Notes under the pieces: model-generated
What the model was told of the DNA's origin: nothing
Database searches by the model: none
Seen by the model: the letters and a program-made list of their open reading frames with translations, nothing else
Virus genome (UHGV): UHGV-0221952
Length of the DNA stretch: 37,217 nucleotides
Origin: a virus
Strand: one strand, 5' to 3'
Shown here: positions 30,816-37,217 of the stretch, piece after piece
Position numbering within the stretch: the stretch's first letter is position 1
Layout of the letters: every line of letters begins with the position of its first letter
Translations under genes and position numbers: made by a program

Positions 30816-31742
30816 TTACCCCGTAATAGTTACTTTTACTACCGCCTTTTTATTATCTTTCAAGATAAATTCTCCCGCTTTTCCTGCACCCTGTAAAGCC
30901 ACGCCGTCAAAATCCTCTGACTCGATCGTTCTGGCTGTGTTGATTCCGGTAAATGCCTTACCAACTCCTGCGATATAAGCATAAGCGCAATCTGTGGACT
31001 GGAATAATTCGTCCGGAACCTCTTCCACGAGAAAGCCCTTGAATTTCACAACTTCGTTTCCGTCAATGTTTACAGTAGAGTGTTTCGCAGCTGTATTCAG
31101 AGGATGATCTACAATCGCATTGTAAAGGTCTGAGCAAACCTTAATCTTTTTCGTTCCGATTGCTTCGATGTTGTTGAAATGTTTTGAAAGTTCGTTAAAC
31201 AGCTTCAATACGTTATCTGCTGTGTAATCTGTGACTTCCAAAGACTTTCCTGCTGACTGAGAAATAAATTTTCCGTGCTGTTTGTTAAATGCCTTGGTTT
31301 TTGCCTGCGCCTGCAGTTCCAAGCGATCTGCCACCGCAACATCAAAATCGTTGTTTACCGTGTGCCGATCAATTCCTTCGTGAAAATTCCAACCCCAAGA
31401 ATAATTGACTGGCGTGTCTTTGTAGACAATCTCTTTTCTCTCTCCAAAGCGACTAGAGCTTCCTGTTCCTGTTCCAAATGCTTTCGTTGCCGTCTTATCA
31501 TATCCAGTTCCAACAGTAACTGGGATGTCTGATGTCTTTACGTAAAATGCTGTCTCGTTTTCTCTCACACCATCAAGTGCTTCGAGCTCTCCGCCGAAAA
31601 AGTCAGCAAAATAAGCTGTCTTCTTGAATACTGCCTGCAAGAGGTTTTTAAACTCAAGCTGAAAGCTCCTTGCCGTCATATCATTGTTGTCTCCATCTGC
31701 AAATAACTGTAACATCATAAATTCTTTGTTTTTCATTTTCAT
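30816..31742 (-). CDS. Major capsid protein
   Basis: 308 aa, after the scaffold; IHEG-like FHEGIDRHTVNND; N-terminal LQLFA propeptide. Confidence 0.88.
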   Translation of the reverse strand: MKMKNKEFMMLQLFADGDNNDMTARSFQLEFKNLLQAVFKKTAYFADFFGGELEALDGVRENETAFYVKTSDIPVTVGTGYDKTATKAFGTGTGSSSRFGERKEIVYKDTPVNYSWGWNFHEGIDRHTVNNDFDVAVADRLELQAQAKTKAFNKQHGKFISQSAGKSLEVTDYTADNVLKLFNELSKHFNNIEAIGTKKIKVCSDLYNAIVDHPLNTAAKHSTVNIDGNEVVKFKGFLVEEVPDELFQSTDCAYAYIAGVGKAFTGINTARTIESEDFDGVALQGAGKAGEFILKDNKKAVVKVTITG

Positions 31743-31750
31743 AATCTCCT

Positions 31751-32365
31751 TTACTTATACTTTGCAAGTCTCTTGTCAAATTCAGACATCTGGCTTCCTT
31801 GGTTCGTCATGGTCTTTGGTGTAGTTCCGGTTGCTCTAGCGATCTCGGCTTTCTTAAGCTGGGATTCAACGATTTTCACGAGAGTGTCAATCCTTGCATT
31901 GGTATCTGCTTCATCAGCTCCCACAACAAAATCAAGCACCTCTTGCGTTGCTTCAATGCCTTTATCCGAGAGGACTCCTGCCGCATTTCTGCTGAGCTGA
32001 TTCTTAACAGACTCTGCCTGCAATCTCTCATTCTCTCTTTTCAACTTATCCAGCTCATACTGCTGTTTCTGCTCTGCATTCATCTTTGCAACTTTAGCAG
32101 CTTCTTCCGCCTTTTGGTCGGCATCTTCCTGCCATTTCACCTTCGCGTTTCCGAGTGCTGTTTCGATTGCTTTGCTAACACGTCTATCAAACTCCGCTTG
32201 ATTCTTCCCATCTTTTAAAAAGTTCTCAAACGTGTTGCCGGAAGCTCCATTACTTTCCTCGTTGCCCTGTGTCTCTTCACCGTTTGTGCCGGATCCATTG
32301 CTTTCTGCCCCAGTTCCTTCGTCTTCGGCAAATAACTGTAATGCCATAAATTCTCTAAATTTCAT
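31751..32365 (-). CDS. Capsid scaffolding protein (DUF4355-like)
   Basis: LQLFAE, acidic linker, QAEFDRRVSKA, KMNAEQKQQYE coiled coil. Confidence 0.9.
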   Translation of the reverse strand: MKFREFMALQLFAEDEGTGAESNGSGTNGEETQGNEESNGASGNTFENFLKDGKNQAEFDRRVSKAIETALGNAKVKWQEDADQKAEEAAKVAKMNAEQKQQYELDKLKRENERLQAESVKNQLSRNAAGVLSDKGIEATQEVLDFVVGADEADTNARIDTLVKIVESQLKKAEIARATGTTPKTMTNQGSQMSEFDKRLAKYK

Positions 32366-32451
32366 ATCTTCTCCTTCCGCCCCAGTCCATCCATTGTCCA
32401 GACCATTGCTTTAAAATAGATTTCCGGTTCTTTATCGCCTGCCGGAAAAAG

Positions 32452-32481
32452 GCATAAAAATAACACATATCTCTATGTGTC
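32452..32481 (-). terminator. Terminator preceding the structured scaffold-gene leader
   Basis: GACACATA-GAGA-TATGTGTT-ATTTTTATGC. Confidence 0.65.
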
Positions 32482-32491
32482 AATGTCTTAC

Positions 32492-32602
32492 TTATTCAAT
32501 CTTCCCACACTTTACACAACGCCGCACATACCCCTTTGTAGCCTTGTCATAGTGCTTACGGCACTTGTGTTTGCAAAATCTCTGTTTCAGCCATTTAAGC
32601 AT
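32492..32602 (-). CDS. 36-aa CxH…CxxC Zn-finger protein (DUF1660-like)
   Basis: MLKWLKQRFCKHK…RCVKCGKIE; RBS AGGAGGAG. Confidence 0.7.
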   Translation of the reverse strand: MLKWLKQRFCKHKCRKHYDKATKGYVRRCVKCGKIE

Positions 32603-32611
32603 ATTCTCCTC

Positions 32612-32707
32612 CTAAAGTAACGCCTGCACCTGCTCTTTCAAGCTCTCCGGTACATCATCAATTGTCAAGTGTCCACCTTTGATTCTATTTGCCAAAAACT
32701 GCGCCAT
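32612..32707 (-). CDS. 31-aa CD1375/XkdX-like protein
   Basis: MAQFLANRIKGGHLTIDDVPESLKEQVQALL. Confidence 0.8.
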   Translation of the reverse strand: MAQFLANRIKGGHLTIDDVPESLKEQVQALL

Positions 32708-32710
32708 AAC

Positions 32711-32998
32711 TTACACCCCCATTTTCATTGTTGCGAGAATCAGTTCCTGCACCGCCTGGTCTGTGACTTCCTGCGCCGTCTGCGTTGCTTTTAAGTCCTT
32801 TTGTAGTTTGCCGTAGGCGCTCATACCGTCATCGACTGCCTCGTATTCTTTAATTACATTTTCCTCTGTTTCGGTATAGCCGACAAAGACTAAATTGCTA
32901 AACCCCTCTGGCTTTTCTTCCTTGAGTGGCTTGTAGCCTTCTTTCTTGATGGAACTGATTCTTACAGTTCCGTTTTCCATGATTTTTGCGTAGTTCAT
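32711..32998 (-). CDS. Fibre-assembly chaperone-like protein
   Basis: GYKPL…YTETEENVI plus coiled C-terminus …TDQAVQEL; precedes the CD1375-like gene. Confidence 0.6.
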   Translation of the reverse strand: MNYAKIMENGTVRISSIKKEGYKPLKEEKPEGFSNLVFVGYTETEENVIKEYEAVDDGMSAYGKLQKDLKATQTAQEVTDQAVQELILATMKMGV

Positions 32999-32999
32999 A

Positions 33000-34148
33000 T
33001 TAAATCTCCTTTCGATAGGTTAATTTGATTCCACAAGGTACTTCTCCACTGTCCACAAATACATGCGTCACTCCGTTCTCGCTGTGCAGGGCGGCGAGTT
33101 GCGCTTGTACAGATTCTGGGAGAGGTTCTGTAATAGGTTCGTTAAGTTCTGCGATGCAATGTAGCGGATGATTTTCAAGATATTTGATTACTGCCACCTT
33201 ATTTTCTTCTGGTGTTGTATCGCTTCCTAGACCCAATCTTTCACGGCTTAGTCTGAAATCAATTCCTTGTTCTGTCATAGCAACTGATTCCTCTTCTTTT
33301 GCCCAGTTGTTAATATTCTTTAATGCTTCACAAAGTATCGCTCCTGTTTTCTTTAAACTGGCATCTCTGTACCGACACAGAACCGTATTTGTTTCAGGTG
33401 CTCCGTATTGCCCAAGTGTATATGTAATAGGTGTATCTTTCGTTATTTCAACTTCTTTGAAACGTCTTGTAATTCCGCTTGAATTTAGTGCTTCTTGCAC
33501 GTTTTTGCCATCATTTATTCTTACGATACCTCTCAATGGCTCGTCTAGGGCGATTTGTACGGATTGCTCAGTGTAAGGCTCGTAGTTATCGGTATCGCCT
33601 ATAACTAAGCAATATTTCAATCCATCCTTCAGTTTAAGAACATTTATAAAACCAACAATATTTACCGGAATGGTTTTTGTAGTTTTTGTTTTTCCGGCAT
33701 CAAAAGGAAACCAAATTATTTCTTTATTTTCTCTTATTAGCTTGATATTTCCACCAGCACTCTCCATTCCATTTGTTATCAATGTAACTTTTGCGCCCGC
33801 TTTAATAAGACATGGAACGAAAACATTGTATGTGTCTCCAACATCGCTAAGAATATTTCTCCCAGTCACTTTCACATCGAGCAAGTATTTCCCGCTCGCT
33901 TCATCGAACCTTCCTGCACTCTTAATCTCCTGTAGATTGTCCGGCGATGGATTCTCGCCCTGCGTACTATTTCCAATCAATTCCAACCTCTCCAATGGCG
34001 CTTTTAAGCTATTCGGAAGTGTTAGGCTCCCTACCCCTTCCATCTCTACCTTGTCGAAGTTTGGTGGCTGTGGAGGGGATGCAGTACCACCTAGAGGGCA
34101 TACCATATCAACACCGATGATTCCTGTTCCATCTACCATTTTAAGCAT
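33000..34148 (-). CDS. Fibre/receptor-binding-like structural protein located in the head module
   Basis: LIGNSTQGENPSPDNLQEIKSAG, VTGRNIL, YEPY, EPLRGI, ELNEPITEPL: patterns of Firmicutes phage minor tail/fibre proteins. Confidence 0.65.
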   Translation of the reverse strand: MLKMVDGTGIIGVDMVCPLGGTASPPQPPNFDKVEMEGVGSLTLPNSLKAPLERLELIGNSTQGENPSPDNLQEIKSAGRFDEASGKYLLDVKVTGRNILSDVGDTYNVFVPCLIKAGAKVTLITNGMESAGGNIKLIRENKEIIWFPFDAGKTKTTKTIPVNIVGFINVLKLKDGLKYCLVIGDTDNYEPYTEQSVQIALDEPLRGIVRINDGKNVQEALNSSGITRRFKEVEITKDTPITYTLGQYGAPETNTVLCRYRDASLKKTGAILCEALKNINNWAKEEESVAMTEQGIDFRLSRERLGLGSDTTPEENKVAVIKYLENHPLHCIAELNEPITEPLPESVQAQLAALHSENGVTHVFVDSGEVPCGIKLTYRKEI

Positions 34149-34423
34149 TGTACTTCAACTCCTTTTTCGCTGGTTGCTGTGGGGATGATTTGGACAATGT
34201 TGCTTCCTGCGTAATAGCCGCCTTTGTTCCTAACTACGCTTTGTGCCGTCTGCGCCGGAATTAATGCGCTTTCTTCTTTTGTAGCTCCCTCTTTAAGCGC
34301 AACATACACATCGCCGTCCGTAAAATTCTTCACAAGGAACTCTTTCCCCTCATACGCAAATTCAAGAATGAGAGCCTGCTCGCTTGTAGTTGCTGCTCTG
34401 ATAAAAGTCTCTGTTTTACTCAT
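34133..34423 (-). CDS. Hypothetical beta-rich structural protein, 96 aa
   Basis: FLVKNFTDGDVYV; overlaps the next gene. Confidence 0.65.
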   Translation of the reverse strand: MSKTETFIRAATTSEQALILEFAYEGKEFLVKNFTDGDVYVALKEGATKEESALIPAQTAQSVVRNKGGYYAGSNIVQIIPTATSEKGVEVQCLKW

Positions 34424-34427
34424 TTTC

Positions 34428-34715
34428 TCACCTCGCTTTCACATGCTCCGGAAACTCTTCCGCTATCTTGCAAATTCCAATAAAAAAAGAATCTACCAAA
34501 GTTTTTGACTTCTCTGATAAATTCTTTATTTCTAGTTCGAACTCCCCCGGAGACACCGTGTATTCCGGTCTGTCATCGGTAAGCGCCTTGATACTATGCA
34601 CCATCGTCTGCACAAGTGCTGTCACAGCTGCACATACAATATCTTTTCCCGGCTCCGCATAACCTGCATGACCATTCAATGTTATTTTTTCTTCGTTTAC
34701 ATTTACTACAATCAA
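34428..34715 (-). CDS. prp: Prp-family (ribosomal L27-processing) cysteine protease
   Basis: GHAGY…DIVCAAVTAL catalytic His/Cys motif; TTG start after AGGAGG. Confidence 0.92.
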   Translation of the reverse strand: MIVVNVNEEKITLNGHAGYAEPGKDIVCAAVTALVQTMVHSIKALTDDRPEYTVSPGEFELEIKNLSEKSKTLVDSFFIGICKIAEEFPEHVKAR

Positions 34716-34736
34716 ATAGATCAGCCTCCTAAATAG

Positions 34737-34773
34737 GTATAAAAATACCACCAGCCAATTCAACTGATGGTAT
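34737..34773 (-). terminator. Terminator after the MuF partner gene
   Basis: ATACCATCAGTT-GAATT-GGCTGGTGGTAT-TTTTATAC. Confidence 0.7.
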
Positions 34774-34944
34774 CTAATTAATAATTAATTGATTCCCGCA
34801 AGATTCGCAGAAAAATGTATTCGTAGTTTTACAGTCTCCAGAAGGAATCAGGACTCCCTTTTTGCACTTTTTGCACAATACTTTTTCCCCTTCTCTCAAC
34901 AGTTTCAATCTTTCATGAGGCGGAATAATTAAAGTATTCTCCAT
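34774..34944 (-). CDS. 56-aa Zn-ribbon protein, candidate immunity protein of the MuF toxin
   Basis: MENTLIIPPHERLKLLREGEKVLCKKCKKG…FFCESCGNQLIIN; starts 6 nt after the MuF stop. Confidence 0.75.
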   Translation of the reverse strand: MENTLIIPPHERLKLLREGEKVLCKKCKKGVLIPSGDCKTTNTFFCESCGNQLIIN

Positions 34945-34950
34945 AACCAA

Positions 34951-36360
34951 TCACTCCCATTCCAAGTATTTGTATTTATCATCTATATGCTTCATTATAC
35001 GGTCTATCACTTCATCTGTCAATTCAATTCCACGATGTCTATACTCATTCATATAGCACTCTAATTCCTGATTTTTGCTATTCGGCTTATTAATCTTCAC
35101 ATGAGTAGCTTCGTGTATAACTGTAGTAGCTGTCTCCTTTATGTTTTTAGTATTATCTGCATATATATTAATTTCACCATCTTCTACCATTCCTGCCAGT
35201 TCTGGTTCTACATCTACGCCATACCATATATTTACTGGAACATCATTGTCCAGTATATATTGCAACATATCCGTACCTATTTGAGACTTTCTCATCTCTT
35301 TCATAATATTTTTCGGCTTGATTATATCTTTGCCCATTTGAGGAGATCTTCCGTCAAATGTTGTAAAGTTTTTCTCATTATCCTTATACCTTTTACGGAT
35401 TCCCTTTGCAGATTTCCAAGTTTCAAAATTCATCCCATGCTTAGAATACCCATCCAGCCACTCTCGATACTCTTTATCGTCCATATATGCTGCTGTACTG
35501 CACCGACAGCGCGGATGCATTGGATGTGCATTTTCTCCGGGCATCATTTTCGATACCTTAAAATGTTTTCCGTCTAAAACCCGACAGATCGGGCAGGCGG
35601 TAGGCTCTGCGATAAACTCATACTCATCAAATCCATTGCAGATATAGGACTGCTTCTGTGCTTCTGCCTGCACCCTTGACAGTTCTGTTGCCATCAGTCG
35701 CTCTGCATTTTCCCGGCTTACTCCAAACAGCTTGGTAAGATGTCTTGCCAATACTCTTGGATTCTTGCCTTGTATCAGACCTGTTTGCAAGAGCTTCGAC
35801 AGTTCCGCTTTCATCATGTCCTGATACATCCAAATACGGTCCGAATACTTTGCATTGTGGAAAGAGGCATTTACTATTGAATGTGCCATCTTTGCGTTGT
35901 TCTGAATAGTTTTTCCGAGAATTCCTGCCTGCCGTTCAAATTCCTTCAGTGTTTTATCCGTCAGAATCTGCTCAAAATACTTTTGCAGCTCATCAAAACC
36001 ACCGACAAGATACATTCCGATATTAGCTTTCAGCATTTCCAATCGGTTAATCTTCATAGCTGAATTGTAAAGTCTCATTTCCTCATTGGCTTCTTTCGAG
36101 AAATTCTTGTCCTTTACATACTGCGCCGCTTTCCGACTGTATGCATCAATATCCATTTTAGATACTCGCTTCTTCGCCTCCGAAATCGTAATTCCCTCTG
36201 CTTTTGCATAACGTGTGTAAAATCCATTAATCTCCTTTTGGATTTCGTCCATCATATTCAGATAGATTCTCTCGATCTCTTTCGCATATTCAGCTTCGTC
36301 CCTAATATTCTTCTTCCGCTGTTCATCTTCTCTATTCTTCCAGTACGTCCTGCTGTCCAT
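34951..36360 (-). CDS. MuF / SPP1 gp7 minor head protein with C-terminal HEXXH metallopeptidase-like domain
   Basis: AERLMATE…CPIC…HPMHPRCRCS MuF motifs; C-terminal GEINIY…TVIHEATH…QELECY. Confidence 0.9.
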   Translation of the reverse strand: MDSRTYWKNREDEQRKKNIRDEAEYAKEIERIYLNMMDEIQKEINGFYTRYAKAEGITISEAKKRVSKMDIDAYSRKAAQYVKDKNFSKEANEEMRLYNSAMKINRLEMLKANIGMYLVGGFDELQKYFEQILTDKTLKEFERQAGILGKTIQNNAKMAHSIVNASFHNAKYSDRIWMYQDMMKAELSKLLQTGLIQGKNPRVLARHLTKLFGVSRENAERLMATELSRVQAEAQKQSYICNGFDEYEFIAEPTACPICRVLDGKHFKVSKMMPGENAHPMHPRCRCSTAAYMDDKEYREWLDGYSKHGMNFETWKSAKGIRKRYKDNEKNFTTFDGRSPQMGKDIIKPKNIMKEMRKSQIGTDMLQYILDNDVPVNIWYGVDVEPELAGMVEDGEINIYADNTKNIKETATTVIHEATHVKINKPNSKNQELECYMNEYRHRGIELTDEVIDRIMKHIDDKYKYLEWE

Positions 36361-37217
36361 CTACCGCACCTCCGAACATCCGCTTTTCTACGATGGTTTG
36401 TTGCTTCTTTTTGTCCTCTTTCTCCATTCTGTCGATTTCCTCGGACGCATCTTTTACAATGGATAAAACTTGCAGCTGCGTTTCCTTGGATACAATGCTT
36501 TCAAGTGCTTGCGCTGTCTGCGCTTCCTCGAGGAGATTCTTCGGGATATTTCGGCTCATTGTAAAGTCAATATCTTTCCATGCATCACGATCTGGAACAT
36601 TCGTTGCCAAGGAGCAAAACAGCTTATATCGTTTTCTCATGGACTTTTCAACTTTGCGGTCGAACGTCAACGCAAGATTGCTCATAGACTGCAGTTTATA
36701 CGCAAGGGAAGTTCCGGAAGCATTTCCAAAAGATTCATCCGAGATGTTTGCTACCATGCTTGTCTGGTAAATCAAATCTTCCAATCGGTTTAAGAGATTC
36801 TCCTGTGTTCCATCTGCCGTAGGCTTGCCAAGAAACTGAACGATAATATCTTTCGCGTTATCCGTGCCATATAAGTTTATAATCCGATTGTCCCGAATCT
36901 TATAAACTCCCTCTTCATCCAGTTCAGCTCCGAGCACCGCAAGATATGCTTCAGCGAAAGAGTCCACGTCATTCGCTTTTTCTCCGATCACTCTGTTGTA
37001 CACCTCTACCATGCCGGCAACTTCTTCATAAAGTCCGATTCTCTCGTCATTTAGTAGGTATTCCACGCAATTAATGCGACCATAGGGGTTCGGCACACTC
37101 TCCTGCATCTTCTCTCCCTCAAATGGGATGATTTCTGCCCTTGTAAGTATCTCGCCATACCTTGTAACATTATCGTCTCTTTTCCCGTATCTGACAGCAA
37201 ATAATGCACGATTCTTT
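36332..37217 (-). CDS. SPP1-type portal protein, 3' part (full protein 452 aa when joined)
   Basis: Open from 37217; NPYGRI, FGNASGTSLAYKL, IVSKETQL. Confidence 0.93.
   Translation of the reverse strand, partial: KNRALFAVRYGKRDDNVTRYGEILTRAEIIPFEGEKMQESVPNPYGRINCVEYLLNDERIGLYEEVAGMVEVYNRVIGEKANDVDSFAEAYLAVLGAELDEEGVYKIRDNRIINLYGTDNAKDIIVQFLGKPTADGTQENLLNRLEDLIYQTSMVANISDESFGNASGTSLAYKLQSMSNLALTFDRKVEKSMRKRYKLFCSLATNVPDRDAWKDIDFTMSRNIPKNLLEEAQTAQALESIVSKETQLQVLSIVKDASEEIDRMEKEDKKKQQTIVEKRMFGGAVDGQQDVLEE

Larger units (their letters stand above)
1..37217. mobile_element. Complete circular temperate siphophage genome (serine-integrase, probably pac/headful type)
   Basis: All modules are present (lysogeny, replication, packaging, head, tail, lysis) with no host genes. 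The portal ORF reads in frame across the 1/37217 junction and attP is intact. Confidence 0.95.

Noticed and set aside
25300..36793. Numerous + strand ORFs opposite structural genes (for example 25475-26032, 33670-34188)
   Set aside because: Antisense shadows of Ala/Gly-rich or codon-biased genes, with no RBS or promoter support.

Overview
The window looks like a complete, circular 37.2-kb genome of a temperate siphovirus. The host is probably a gut Firmicute, Lachnospiraceae/Clostridia-like; this is inferred from gene families, SigA promoters, GGAGG RBSs and Gram-positive LexA boxes. The portal gene is split across the two ends and joins exactly in frame (…ACT GT|A AAG…), and an intact symmetric attP follows the large serine integrase. 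Almost all genes are on the - strand. In transcription order they are: early accessory genes, BRO antirepressor, recombination/replication genes (Gp157, Sak4-like ATPase, SSB, ERCC4 nuclease, CHC2 primase Zn-finger, DUF927 helicase, iteron ori), accessory genes including a Mom-like protein, an ArpU/RinA late activator, tRNA-Thr(CGT), terminase, portal, MuF with a C-terminal HEXXH toxin domain and a small partner, Prp protease, a relocated fibre module, head, tail and lysis. The + strand carries cI, a membrane protein, the integrase and three antisense 'moron' units. The most notable candidate systems are: (1) a short protease-less CI paired with two small helical-hook mimics of its C-terminal domain, one under LexA boxes and one in the Cro position; (2) an 18-bp perfect inverted repeat linking the integrase leader to the far side of attP, a possible integration-state RNA switch; (3) a 7-codon MEIRARP uORF embedded in a terminator ahead of the lysis genes; (4) a phage Prp protease with three LQLF|A substrates. 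All family assignments are by eye from motifs; no searches were run.
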